This document shows, in pieces, positions 48,400-58,500 of a stretch of DNA of 64,000 nucleotides (within the stretch, counting starts at the first letter, position 1; each line of letters opens with the position of its first letter). The DNA lies in NCBI GenBank assembly GCA_024231215.1, contig JAAEQR010000142.1:356593-420592 (forward strand), written 5' to 3'. The notes under the pieces were generated by a model, which did no database searches, was not told the origin of the DNA, and saw nothing but the letters and a program-made list of their open reading frames with translations. The stretch comes from PVC group bacterium. Its GTDB lineage: Bacteria > Omnitrophota > Gorgyraeia > B26-G9. The position numbers and the translations under genes were made by a program.

Positions 48400-49974
48400 T
48401 CAATTAAGGATTACTTCAACCGCTTTTATCCCGTCAAGGGCCGAAGAAACAATTCCACCGGCATATCCAGCCCCTTCTCCAATCGGGAAAAGCCCTTTTA
48501 CATTACTACAATATCTCTCGTCTCTTGATATCCGGACAGGAGAAGACGTTCTTGTCTCCACCCCGGTCAATACCGCATCCGGGAGGGAAAACCCTCTAAG
48601 CTTCTTATCAAAAGAACCTAACCCTTCTTTTAATGTTTCTATTACAAATTCGGGCAGACATTCATTTAAGTCACCAAGAACAATCCCCGGACAATATGAA
48701 GGTTTAACACTCCCCAACACGGTTGATCTTTTTCCTTTTAAAAAATCACCAACCAGCTGTGCCGGAGCCATAAAATCACCGCCTCCTACCTTAAATGCCA
48801 GCCTTTCCAATTTACGCTGAAACTCAATCCCGGCAAGCGGACCATCTGATCCAAAGTCACCGGGTTTAACCCCGACAACAATTGCGCTGTTTGCATTCTC
48901 TTTATCTCTGGTGAATTCGCTCATTCCATTTGTAACAATACCGCCATTTTCCGAGGCTGAAGCCACAACAGTTCCCCCCGGACACACACAGAATGAATAT
49001 GCCGACCGACCGCTTTTTGAATGATGCACAAGTTTATATTCAGCTGGCCACAGCCGCGGATTATTGAAAAATTTTCCGTATTGCGCTTTATTGATCAGAA
49101 TTTGAGGATGTTCTATTCTAACTCCCACAGAAAACGCCTTTGACTGCATAGCCACACCTTTTTTAAATAATAGCTCAAAGGTACCCCTGGCACTCCCGCC
49201 TAAAGCCAAAATAATTATGTCGGATTGAAACGTCTCCCCTGAGGCGCTAACCACTTCGACAACTTTTTCATTCTCGATTTTAAAATCTGTGATTTTTGTA
49301 TTAAATTTTATTTCTCCGCCTAATGAAATAATCTTCTTTCGTATATTTTTCACAACTTCTCGTAGCTTATCCGTACCAATATGCGGTTTTGCGCTATATA
49401 ATATCTCAGGCGGTGCCCCGGCTTCAACAAATACATCAAAAACTTTTTTTGTCCGCTTATCATTTATCAAAGTATACAGTTTTCCGTCAGAAAAAGTACC
49501 TGCCCCGCCTTCCCCAAACTGGATATTAGACTGTTCATTCAGTTTCCCCTCAGAAAAAAAGCTTTTAACATCTACGGCTCTAGCCTCAACATCTTTTCCC
49601 TGTTCTAAAATTATAGGGGAAGCTCCAGCTTCGGCTAAAAGTAAAGCTGAAAAAAGTCCGGCAGGTCCGGCGCCGATAATAATCGGCCGAGCATTCATCT
49701 TCTTCATTTTTTTCGGAAGATTGTAACCATACGGCTCATAATTCAAAATATTCTTGTTATCAACCTCTACCTTTACAGAAACACTCTCATTCACAGTTAC
49801 AGCAATAGAGTAAACAAAACAAATCCTGTTTTTTGAGCGAGCATCAATAGATTTGCGTTTGATCTGAAATTGTTTAATATCATCGATATTAACTTTTATT
49901 TTTCCTGCAATCTCTTTTTTTAAATCATCCTCAGAATGATCAAAAGGCAGTTTTAAATTTTGAATTAAGAACAT
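48400..49974 (-). CDS. NAD(P)/FAD-dependent oxidoreductase (uncharacterised dehydrogenase family)
   Basis: IIGAGPAGL, FGEGGAGTFSDGKL, GVRIEHPQ, GEGAGYAGGIVSSA. Confidence 0.9.
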   Translation of the reverse strand: MFLIQNLKLPFDHSEDDLKKEIAGKIKVNIDDIKQFQIKRKSIDARSKNRICFVYSIAVTVNESVSVKVEVDNKNILNYEPYGYNLPKKMKKMNARPIIIGAGPAGLFSALLLAEAGASPIILEQGKDVEARAVDVKSFFSEGKLNEQSNIQFGEGGAGTFSDGKLYTLINDKRTKKVFDVFVEAGAPPEILYSAKPHIGTDKLREVVKNIRKKIISLGGEIKFNTKITDFKIENEKVVEVVSASGETFQSDIIILALGGSARGTFELLFKKGVAMQSKAFSVGVRIEHPQILINKAQYGKFFNNPRLWPAEYKLVHHSKSGRSAYSFCVCPGGTVVASASENGGIVTNGMSEFTRDKENANSAIVVGVKPGDFGSDGPLAGIEFQRKLERLAFKVGGGDFMAPAQLVGDFLKGKRSTVLGSVKPSYCPGIVLGDLNECLPEFVIETLKEGLGSFDKKLRGFSLPDAVLTGVETRTSSPVRISRDERYCSNVKGLFPIGEGAGYAGGIVSSALDGIKAVEVILN

Positions 49975-49983
49975 ACACACTCC

Positions 49984-51198
49984 TTAACTTAATCTGCCAG
50001 CTATAAACGCAGTGGTCCAAGCAGCCTGAAAGTTATAACCTCCGGTAATTCCGTCAATATCCATTATTTCTCCGGCAAAATACAGATTCTTACACACTTT
50101 GCTCTGCATGTTGTTAAAATCAATACTGCTTAGACTAATACCGCCACAAGTCACAAACTCTTCTTTAAATGACGTCTTTCCCTTTACTGAATAAACATCA
50201 TTCGTCAATACACGCACCAATTTATTAACTCCCGTCTTTCCAAGCGCTCCCCACTTCTTAACCTTAGGCAAATCAATTTTCTTAAGCAAATAAACCCATA
50301 ATCTTTCCGGCAGCAGATACGGTCTGACATTTGAGAGAATCTTATTTGAATGTTCATTAACAATGCATTCCAACTCATCCAAAACAAGATCATTATTATT
50401 TACATTAACCCAATTCACCTGAACTTTAAATTCATATCCTTTTTCACTTAATAATCTCGCACCAAACGCCGATAATTTCAAAGTCGCCGGTCCGCTCATT
50501 CCCCAATGCGTGATAAGCAAAGAACCTTTGGATTTAAGTTTTGTTCCCTGGATACTTACCAGAGTCTTTTCCACCGCAATTCCCATTAATTTGGTAATTG
50601 ATTCCTTCGGCATATTAAAGGTGAACAAGGAAGGAACCGGATTTGCAATTTCATGGTTTAATTTTTCAAGCCACTCTAAGCCTTTTCGAGTAGGAGAACC
50701 ACCAGTTGCAACAATTACCTTATCAAACACTCTCGGCTCAATTTTTCCATCGATAAAATTTAATTCCAGCTTAGCATCAATCTGCTTAATCTCTTTTATA
50801 CCTCGACTTAATTCGATTTTAATCTTTAATCTTTTTATTTCTTTTAAAAAGCAATCGATTATAGTCTGAGAACTTCCCGACACCGGAAAAACACAATTAT
50901 CAGCTTGAATCACCAAAGGAACGCCTCTAGACTTAAACCATTGCATTGTGTGTTGATTATTAAAAACAAGGAAAGATTTTTTTAAAGCTCTCCCGCCTCG
51001 GGGATAAGCTTCAGCTAGTTCTTTTATAGATGCGCAAGCATTGGTAAGATTACAGCGTCCGCCGCCTGAGACTTTGACTTTGGCTAGGAGATTGCTTGTT
51101 TTTTCAAAAATAACAACTTTAGCATCCGGATAATTCTCCTTTACTGTAATTGCTGAAAAAAAACCAGCTGCCCCGCCTCCGATTATTGCAATTTTCAT
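49984..51198 (-). CDS. HI0933/BaiN/YhiN-family flavoprotein
   Basis: IIGGGAAG, KVKVSGGGRCNLTN, LITHWGMSGP, DGITGGYNFQAAW. Confidence 0.92.
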   Translation of the reverse strand: MKIAIIGGGAAGFFSAITVKENYPDAKVVIFEKTSNLLAKVKVSGGGRCNLTNACASIKELAEAYPRGGRALKKSFLVFNNQHTMQWFKSRGVPLVIQADNCVFPVSGSSQTIIDCFLKEIKRLKIKIELSRGIKEIKQIDAKLELNFIDGKIEPRVFDKVIVATGGSPTRKGLEWLEKLNHEIANPVPSLFTFNMPKESITKLMGIAVEKTLVSIQGTKLKSKGSLLITHWGMSGPATLKLSAFGARLLSEKGYEFKVQVNWVNVNNNDLVLDELECIVNEHSNKILSNVRPYLLPERLWVYLLKKIDLPKVKKWGALGKTGVNKLVRVLTNDVYSVKGKTSFKEEFVTCGGISLSSIDFNNMQSKVCKNLYFAGEIMDIDGITGGYNFQAAWTTAFIAGRLS

Positions 51199-51232
51199 TT
51201 TAATCTCTCATAACTTTTATTTATATTGTCTA

Positions 51233-53818
51233 TCACCAGTCAATTGGAAAGTAATCCTTCAAAAACTTCCCACACCAGTGCTTACCGCTATTTATTCCAT
51301 CAAAAAAAGGATCACATACCCGCGCTGCCCCGTCAACAATATCCAAAGGAGGCTGAAAATCATGCAAATCCTGTTTAAGCTTAGATAATTGGGCTGGATC
51401 CTCATCAGTCACCCAGCCGGTATCTATTGCATTTATAAAAATACCATACTCGGCAAACTCACTAGCTGAAGTATGGGTCAACATATTTAGAGCTGCTTTT
51501 GCCATGTTCGTATGCGGATGGCGTTCTCCTTTTTTAAAACGCATAAACTTACCTTCCATAGCTGAAACATTTACAATATGTTTTTGCCCGGTATTATCTT
51601 TTTTCATTAAAGGAGCCAGCTTATTGCATAAGACAAACGGTGCAACCGCATTCACTAATTGTATCTCAAGCATTTCCGTAGTCTGAATCTCCCCCAATCT
51701 AAGTCTCCAGCTATTGGTAATCCTTAAATCCACTTGCTGTAAATCAGCATCCAATTCTCCCTTGGGAAATACAGTTTCTGTAGATAACGTATTATCATAA
51801 GCATAAGGAATCTGAGATAATTTAGCAGACTCTCTTAATCCTATCCCAGGCAATTTCCCATGCCAAGTAACAGGGAGAGCCTTTTCTGATGCCAGCTTAG
51901 GAGTAGTTAAAGACATTAGCTTATTATTACAAATTTGATAATTCTGCATAAGCTTCTGAGCATTTTCAGGAAGCTCATGTAAGGCTTTAGTCTCATTGTG
52001 CATTAAATGGGCGTAGAATCCCGGCGGACGACGTACTGTTTGAGCTGCATTATTGATCAAAAGATCCAATCGATGATAAGTCTGTTCGATATGACTGCAA
52101 AATATTTCCACACTAGGTGTATGCCTTAAATCCAAGCCATAGATATGTAATCGATTCCCCCATTCTTTAAAATCATTTTCTTTAGCATACCTTAAGGCCG
52201 AATCCACAGGAAAACGAGTAGTAGCAATAACCGTAGCGCCAGCCCTTAACATCATTAAGGTTGATTGATAGCCGATTTTCAAGCGAGACCCGGTAATCAA
52301 AGCTACCTGTCCTTGTAAATTTGCACTCTGAAAACGTTTTTGATAGTTCAATTCTGCACACCCAGGACACAAAGCATCATAAAAGAAATGCAGCTGGGTA
52401 TACTCTGCTTTACAAATATAACAATTGCGGGGAGACTTTAATCCCCTAGGTGTCTTTTTAGAATCAGTATTGTCTGTGATCTTTTGCGGAGCCGTAAATA
52501 CTGCTGTCTCTCTGGCCGCGCGAATTCCAGTCGCAGCTCTTGCTTTTCGTTCTGCATTAACAATGTTTTGTTTTTTCATTTTACCGATTGCTTTATTCTG
52601 TTGTTTTATTTGATGCCGAGTAGGACGGGACAGCTGTCCTGCAGTTTTCATCAGTTCAATTTGCTGTGCTTTTGGTAATGCAACAAAATCATCATGATTA
52701 TTTACCAGATGATTAAGTATATTAATACAATGATCTATTTCCTTTGATGAATACTGTTTGTCTTGTTCTTTATTATTTTCTTCTAAGACTTGAACATATC
52801 CTTTTTTTAATTCTTCCCAGGTTAGTGCAGAGAGATCAGGCACAGGCAGCGATGTTTTGAAACACTGTTCTATATGCTCAGCTAGTTCTTTTGGCGTAGA
52901 TCCATAGAGATATTCTTTTGAGAACCATTGGGGATAGCTTAATCGTGCTGGAACTATAGGAACAGCTCCCATCTGCACTCCATCCATTATAGCCAATCCT
53001 TGGAATTCATGGATTGAGGTTGAAACTATCACTTCCCCCTTTTTAAGCCACTTCAGATAATCATCTCTTTTCTGTTCCCCCCAGCAAAGTATTTGCGCAG
53101 CAAACGTTTCTTTTATTTCATTAAATATTTCCGGAGAATTTCTAAACTGCAACCCCATCATTATAAGTTTAAAATCTACTCCCTTAGCTTTTAATATTTT
53201 AAGAGCTTCATAGAAATCTTCCGGGTTTTTATCATATTCCCATCTATGATTCCAGATAATACTATTCTTAATTGTTTCTTCAGTCCGCTCTTCTTGATTA
53301 CAAATAGGCACAGCTAAAGTCCTGCTTTTGATCTTAATATCATCCAAAACACTGACTGGACTAAGATCATTAATTCCTTTGAGCAAACTTATTGCTCCGG
53401 AAAAGAAACTATCCCTGTTATACTCACTATTAAACACCACCCTATCCGCACAAAGCGCCGAATACAAGTTCACCATCATCAGATCTGTACTCGGTTGAGT
53501 TGCATTTTCAGATAAAGGATAATCAAACTGATTTTCATGAAAATAGATGATCTTATATACTTTTCCCAGATGAGGAAACAACCCAATAAGTGCCGCTAAA
53601 TCGACCATAGATGTAGCCAAGATAACATCATAACCCCGCCTGAGAACATCCTGATTATCTCCATACCAGCTAATTCCATTCCCCCTAATCCGCCAATAAA
53701 ACTTTCGAGCTGGTAAAGACAAAAAAGTCCAATCATAATCCCCCAATTTATCTATCAAAAGATTACACCAATAGTTATGACTGTGTGAATTATATGCAGA
53801 TAATAATAGTATTTTCAT
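51233..53818 (-). CDS. Fusion: DUF3524/GT4 (GTDC1/QTMAN-like) glycosyltransferase + Zn-finger SDR oxidoreductase
   Basis: N-terminal half: [37 protein letters not shown]-terminal half: [41 protein letters not shown]. Confidence 0.8.
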   Translation of the reverse strand: MKILLLSAYNSHSHNYWCNLLIDKLGDYDWTFLSLPARKFYWRIRGNGISWYGDNQDVLRRGYDVILATSMVDLAALIGLFPHLGKVYKIIYFHENQFDYPLSENATQPSTDLMMVNLYSALCADRVVFNSEYNRDSFFSGAISLLKGINDLSPVSVLDDIKIKSRTLAVPICNQEERTEETIKNSIIWNHRWEYDKNPEDFYEALKILKAKGVDFKLIMMGLQFRNSPEIFNEIKETFAAQILCWGEQKRDDYLKWLKKGEVIVSTSIHEFQGLAIMDGVQMGAVPIVPARLSYPQWFSKEYLYGSTPKELAEHIEQCFKTSLPVPDLSALTWEELKKGYVQVLEENNKEQDKQYSSKEIDHCINILNHLVNNHDDFVALPKAQQIELMKTAGQLSRPTRHQIKQQNKAIGKMKKQNIVNAERKARAATGIRAARETAVFTAPQKITDNTDSKKTPRGLKSPRNCYICKAEYTQLHFFYDALCPGCAELNYQKRFQSANLQGQVALITGSRLKIGYQSTLMMLRAGATVIATTRFPVDSALRYAKENDFKEWGNRLHIYGLDLRHTPSVEIFCSHIEQTYHRLDLLINNAAQTVRRPPGFYAHLMHNETKALHELPENAQKLMQNYQICNNKLMSLTTPKLASEKALPVTWHGKLPGIGLRESAKLSQIPYAYDNTLSTETVFPKGELDADLQQVDLRITNSWRLRLGEIQTTEMLEIQLVNAVAPFVLCNKLAPLMKKDNTGQKHIVNVSAMEGKFMRFKKGERHPHTNMAKAALNMLTHTSASEFAEYGIFINAIDTGWVTDEDPAQLSKLKQDLHDFQPPLDIVDGAARVCDPFFDGINSGKHWCGKFLKDYFPIDW

Positions 53819-53826
53819 AGTATTTG

Positions 53827-53887
53827 TTTTAACCCCGATTTTACCTTAGACGCAGATGAAGAGTGCTAATGCAAATTCTGGGTTTAA
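53827..53887. repeat. Palindromic repeat family, copy C (internally deleted)
   Basis: TTTTAACCCCGATTTTACCTTAGACGCAGATGAAGAGTGCTAATGCAAATTCTGGGTTTAA. Confidence 0.75.
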
Positions 53888-53898
53888 GTACTAAATAT

Positions 53899-53926
53899 GC
53901 AGGGACAGACTTCTGTGCCTGCCCCT
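53899..53926. repeat. REP-like hairpin
   Basis: GCAGGGACAGAC-TTCT-GTGCCTGCCCCT imperfect palindrome, single copy in window. Confidence 0.35.
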
Positions 53927-53952
53927 ATATATTTAATTATTTTTTTTAATTT

Positions 53953-54378
53953 TTATTTTTCCCAAACTTCTGGGATCATAGTGCCTGGATTGTTAAATTC
54001 TACACGGTAGGGCTCTATAATCATAATTGCATAGCTGGGATCTTCCGGTCCTTTAAAAATAGCTGAAAGCATTTCAAACCAATAATTATTCTTTTCCTGT
54101 TGATCCGTAGTTATTTTTGCTGTTCCCTGGATCTGAATATACGGTTTATTTAAATCTTGAGGATCATTAATCCCAAAAGTTAAATGCACTTCAGGATTTT
54201 TTTCAATCTGTTTAATTTTTCTTGAATCAAGACAAACCGCAGAACGAATATTAAAATCATTATCTGATTGAATCATAATATAACGAGTCCAGGGTTTTCC
54301 ATCCAAAGTTATCGTTGCCATGCTGGATAGTTGCGGTAATTGTAACATTTCAATAACTTTTTGCTTAATCTCTGACAT
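53953..54378 (-). CDS. Pyridoxamine 5'-phosphate oxidase-like / general stress protein
   Basis: MATITLDGKPWTRY, SRKIKQIEKNPEV, F.GPEDP.Y. Confidence 0.85.
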   Translation of the reverse strand: MSEIKQKVIEMLQLPQLSSMATITLDGKPWTRYIMIQSDNDFNIRSAVCLDSRKIKQIEKNPEVHLTFGINDPQDLNKPYIQIQGTAKITTDQQEKNNYWFEMLSAIFKGPEDPSYAIMIIEPYRVEFNNPGTMIPEVWEK

Positions 54379-54389
54379 CTCGTTCCTTT

Positions 54390-55061
54390 CTAGGCCGCGG
54401 GCCAATGGTTACTATGTTTAAATTGCTGATGCGTTGTATCGTCAATATCGTCGTCTGTTCCAGAAACACCATCCGGCCCTGATGACCAAACATGAGGAAT
54501 AAGCATATCATTCCTATTAGGATTTTTATCCAAACGATAATTGTATGGTCTTCCCCAAGGATCTATTATTAAAACTGGTTGCCCCATAAAGTTGGTCTGG
54601 ATCTCTTTTAATCCTTGTTCTTCGGAAGGCCATTCATTATGTTTGTTATAGAACATATCAAGTTCTATTTGGATAACTTTTACCTGAAAACAAGCTTTGT
54701 TATGTCTTTCCAAGCCCCGGAGATAAAAATGATCTTGAAGAAAGAAGAAACAAGGAATAGAAAGTATTACCGCATAAATCGCTAATCCCGCCATCAAATA
54801 CTTGAATTTTCCAGGAAGCTGCAAATCGCGGTATATAACTAAACACTTTATAAATCTAATAAACCCTGCAACTGAAAACCAGCTTACCATGACAGTAAGG
54901 AAAAGACACATCATCAAATGCTCTTCTTGCAAACCATCTGCGGTCATTATACCAAGAACTATCAATATAACAAGAGTAATCATAGGAAACCGCCAAAAAT
55001 TAATAAGCAGCAACCTATTTTTTCCTTCTAAGTCCATACCTCTACCATTAGTATCCATCAC
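54390..55061 (-). CDS. Membrane protein with GspG-like (T2SS protein G) C-terminal domain
   Basis: Three TM helices, then P..EQGL, DPWGRPYNY, WSSGPDGVSGTDDDI. Confidence 0.7.
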   Translation of the reverse strand: MMDTNGRGMDLEGKNRLLLINFWRFPMITLVILIVLGIMTADGLQEEHLMMCLFLTVMVSWFSVAGFIRFIKCLVIYRDLQLPGKFKYLMAGLAIYAVILSIPCFFFLQDHFYLRGLERHNKACFQVKVIQIELDMFYNKHNEWPSEEQGLKEIQTNFMGQPVLIIDPWGRPYNYRLDKNPNRNDMLIPHVWSSGPDGVSGTDDDIDDTTHQQFKHSNHWPAA

Positions 55062-55101
55062 TAGCTCCTAGCTCTCTCCATAGCAAATTGTTAGCATTTT
55101 A

Positions 55102-55863
55102 TTATTTTTCTGCTACTACTAGCATTTCAAAATCATCAGTTGTCAGCTTATCATTTCGGCTGAAAGCACCGAGTTTTGCACCCAATATATCTATAGTTTT
55201 AAAATTCAATGATTTCAATAGCCAGGTTATTTCCGACGGGACATAGAACCTTTCATTGCACTTAAGAGATTTTTTATTTCCAGAGTCATCTATAATCTCT
55301 GTAATGTTATGGTCGCGAAACGTCATCAAATTAAAAGTATTATCTTTATATGCGGCAACACCGTCTTTTTTTTCTGCAGCAAGAAAGTCTTTCACAGAAT
55401 GAAATAACGGGAATAAGCCATTTAGAGTTGTAAATATCAATTTCCCATTGGATTTTAATGCATTGGCAGCATTTTTAAGGATCAGGAAGTTCATCTCGTC
55501 GGTTTCCATCAATGAGAACCCACCCTCGCATAGCATAATTGCTAAATCAAACTCATTTGAAAAATGAGGGTTTCTTGCATCATGCTTTTGGAAGTCAATT
55601 TTAAGTGATTGTGTAGATGCTTTTTCTTTTGCATGCTCCAATTGTGATTCAGATAAATCAATACCAATAACAGAATAGCCCCTTTTAGATAGCTCTATTG
55701 AGTGCCTACCAGTACCACATCCAATATCAAGAATTTTTATTGCTTTATCATGATTGCTCTCTTTTTCTATAAAATCACATTCTCCGATTGTTCCCTTGGT
55801 AAATTCTTCAGCATCGTAAGTTTGAGCGAAATTTTCAAATAATTCTTCATACCATTGTTTCAT
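55102..55863 (-). CDS. Class I SAM-dependent methyltransferase
   Basis: ILDIGCGTGRHS, GIDLS, DAR, FDLAIML. Confidence 0.92.
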   Translation of the reverse strand: MKQWYEELFENFAQTYDAEEFTKGTIGECDFIEKESNHDKAIKILDIGCGTGRHSIELSKRGYSVIGIDLSESQLEHAKEKASTQSLKIDFQKHDARNPHFSNEFDLAIMLCEGGFSLMETDEMNFLILKNAANALKSNGKLIFTTLNGLFPLFHSVKDFLAAEKKDGVAAYKDNTFNLMTFRDHNITEIIDDSGNKKSLKCNERFYVPSEITWLLKSLNFKTIDILGAKLGAFSRNDKLTTDDFEMLVVAEK

Positions 55864-56019
55864 TTTTTTATCCTTTCCATACTAACATTTGAACTCCACT
55901 GACTGATGAAGCGCCGGTCTTATTTAATTATAAATATTATACTCCTCCCCTCTATCCCTGTCAAAATTATATAAATTTGTTTTGAAAAATATACTGTTTG
56001 ACGTATAATACTATTAAAA

Positions 56020-57402
56020 ATGACACAGGAAAATCTTAAAACAACCTTCGAACAAGTATTTAGTTTTCGGCTTAACCATAATCAATACAATGAGTTAGAG
56101 CGGATGACACATGAGATATCTCAGCGGGATGGAATCTCTGAAGCCAAACTCATAGATATGCTGAAGTCTGACCAGCGCATTATAGATAGCACCGGCAAGA
56201 ATAAGTTCTCCGCTATAAAACAGCATCTTATCAAACTGCGTTTTCCTCTTACTTGCCAACAGCAAAAAATAAACCCCAAGGATGTGTTTCTCTCTGAACT
56301 TAAAAACCCGCTTAAAGATACTACTGTTTGCACCAAAGAATTTACGCCGGAAAAGATATTTATAGAGAAAAGCGCCCGGGACAGCTACCTGGCAAATAAA
56401 TTTAAAAATTACTTCCCTGACTGCCCTACAGAAGAATTGAATCATACCTGGGAATATATTCAAAAGAATAAATTCTCTCTAAAAGATTTGAAAAAACCTT
56501 TGGTCTTTATTGTAAATGAACATTGGGATTTTATAAAACCCTGCCCCTGCACTAAAAACCATATTGGCTGTAATTACTGGATTTTCAATTTAGGCTTTGG
56601 CTGTCCGTTTGACTGCTCTTACTGCTATCTTCAGCAGTATACTAATTTCCCGGGTACGGTATTGCCGGCAAATTTAGATGATTTTTTCAATAAGTTCGAT
56701 AATTTTTATAAAAAGATCAATCGCCCGATACGTATTGGTACCGGCGAATTTTGCGATTCTCTGGCTTTGGATCATATTACCGGCTATTCCTCTCAATTAA
56801 TAGATTTCTTCCGGGATAAACCGGTATTATTCGAATTAAAGACCAAAAGCGATAATATAGACAATATCCTAAAATGTAAAGGCAGTGAAAATATTATCAT
56901 CTCCTGGTCGCTTAATCCCCAGGAAATTATTAATGATGAAGAATGCTGTGTCGCATCTTTAAAACAGCGACTTAAAGCCGCACAAAAAGTCCGGGATCAG
57001 GAATTTTCTTTGTCATTTCACTTTGACCCGGTCATTCACTCCCCTAACTGGGAAATACTGTATAAAAAGACTATTGATGAATTATACCGCCAACTAAAGC
57101 CTCCGTTTAAGTGGATAAGCATTGGCACCCTGCGCGGCACAAGAAAGCTCAAAAACGCCGCAGAACAGCGCTTTAGCCAAAGTAATATATGGTACGGCGA
57201 GCTTCTCCTGGGTGATGATAAAAAACTGCGTTATCCGAAATTTTTAAGAAAAGATATATATAGTAATATGGTTAAGTGGATCCGAGAGTATGATAAACAT
57301 ACTCCTGTATATCTGTGTATGGAAGATGAAGACTGCTGGGAAGTTATGGATAAGCCTTTGACTTCAGCTAAGCAAGTCGAGTCATATCTGATAGATAAAT
57401 AA
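56020..57402 (+). CDS. Spore photoproduct lyase-family radical SAM protein
   Basis: GCPFDCSYCYLQ, RIGTGEFCDSL, ELKTKS, SWSLNP, HFDP, YLCME; upstream TTGACG/TACTAT-like promoter. Confidence 0.88.
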   Translation: MTQENLKTTFEQVFSFRLNHNQYNELERMTHEISQRDGISEAKLIDMLKSDQRIIDSTGKNKFSAIKQHLIKLRFPLTCQQQKINPKDVFLSELKNPLKDTTVCTKEFTPEKIFIEKSARDSYLANKFKNYFPDCPTEELNHTWEYIQKNKFSLKDLKKPLVFIVNEHWDFIKPCPCTKNHIGCNYWIFNLGFGCPFDCSYCYLQQYTNFPGTVLPANLDDFFNKFDNFYKKINRPIRIGTGEFCDSLALDHITGYSSQLIDFFRDKPVLFELKTKSDNIDNILKCKGSENIIISWSLNPQEIINDEECCVASLKQRLKAAQKVRDQEFSLSFHFDPVIHSPNWEILYKKTIDELYRQLKPPFKWISIGTLRGTRKLKNAAEQRFSQSNIWYGELLLGDDKKLRYPKFLRKDIYSNMVKWIREYDKHTPVYLCMEDEDCWEVMDKPLTSAKQVESYLIDK

Positions 57403-57473
57403 TCTATCAGGAAAATATTTGACATCTTTTTATTTTTGTGTTAGATTATCTTAATGCTATTTTTTATACTATT

Positions 57474-57549
57474 GCCGGGGTAGCTCAGGTGGTAGAGCGA
57501 GGGACTGAAAATCCCTGCGTCGGCGGTCCGACTCCGTCCCCCGGCACCA
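57474..57549 (+). tRNA. tRNA-Phe(GAA)
   Basis: GCCGGGG/CCCCGGC acceptor stem, GCTC/GAGC D-arm, AGGGA-CTGAAAA-TCCCT anticodon arm, encoded CCA, 76 nt. Confidence 0.96.
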
Positions 57550-57550
57550 T

Positions 57551-57589
57551 AAAACTCTCTTATCTTAATTGATAAGGGAGTTTTTTTAT
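57551..57589 (+). terminator. Rho-independent (bidirectional) terminator
   Basis: AAAACTCTCTTATC-TTAATT-GATAAGGGAGTTTTTTT. Confidence 0.75.
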
Positions 57590-57621
57590 AGGTAAATATT
57601 TGGTCTTATTAACCAATAGGT

Positions 57622-58485
57622 CTAAATATTCCCCAAATAAACATATTTTAACTTTTTCTTGGCTATATACTCGGCACGTTTTAATGTTTCCAGGGACGTA
57701 GGCGGGATATTAAGCTCAAAACACGGAAAATAGCGGGATAAATGTAAAGGAGTATCTGCGCCGGTGTTTTCAAAAATCCAGTTAGTAAGCCTTTCAAAAT
57801 GCTTGTCTGAATCGTTTACCGTAGGAATAACCAAATTGGTGATTTCAATATGACAGCTCTGTTTTGCCCTTTTAATTGTATTAAATACCGGTTCTATAAT
57901 CGCCTCACACAATGTTTGATAAAATTCATTATCCATACTCTTTAAATCAATATTCATCGCTCCGATATACGGCAGGAGCTCTTCTAAAGGCTCCGGATTT
58001 ACATACCCGTTGGTAACCAGTACATTTTCAATACCTTTGGACTTGGCCAGCTTTGCGGATTCTAAAACAAATTCATACCAGATAAACGGCTCATTATACG
58101 TATAAGCAATCCCGAAAGAATTCATCCTCTCTGCCTCATTAACCAACTGCGCCGGGGTGATATCCTGCAAATATGTGTCCGGGTTTTGGGAAAGATGCCA
58201 ATTTTGACAAAAAGCACAGCGAAAATTACAGCCGCGCGTACCTAAGGAAAGAATAACTTGATTGGAATGGAAATGATATAAAGGTTTTTTTTCGATCGGG
58301 TCTAAGGAAATACCGCTTGTCTTACCGTAAATCAGAGAATACAGCTTACCTTTTATATTACTGCGTGCTTTACAAAACCCTGTCTTGCCTTTGGCTATAA
58401 CACAGTTTTTAGGGCAAAGCACACAACGTACAGTCTGTCTTTTTAGCTTTTCATAATATAGGGCCTCGCGATACTCGCTCTCCAT
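57622..58485 (-). CDS. amrS: AmmeMemoRadiSam system radical SAM enzyme
   Basis: C.LCP..C, DPIEKKPLYHF, GCNFRCAFCQNW, AYTYNEP, YVYLGN. Confidence 0.9.
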   Translation of the reverse strand: MESEYREALYYEKLKRQTVRCVLCPKNCVIAKGKTGFCKARSNIKGKLYSLIYGKTSGISLDPIEKKPLYHFHSNQVILSLGTRGCNFRCAFCQNWHLSQNPDTYLQDITPAQLVNEAERMNSFGIAYTYNEPFIWYEFVLESAKLAKSKGIENVLVTNGYVNPEPLEELLPYIGAMNIDLKSMDNEFYQTLCEAIIEPVFNTIKRAKQSCHIEITNLVIPTVNDSDKHFERLTNWIFENTGADTPLHLSRYFPCFELNIPPTSLETLKRAEYIAKKKLKYVYLGNI

Positions 58486-58500
58486 GATCCCCTATTTCTA

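Noticed and set aside
57474-57621. tRNA-Phe as an integration site for an island
   Set aside because: No integrase and no duplicated tRNA 3' end seen; flanking genes are ordinary
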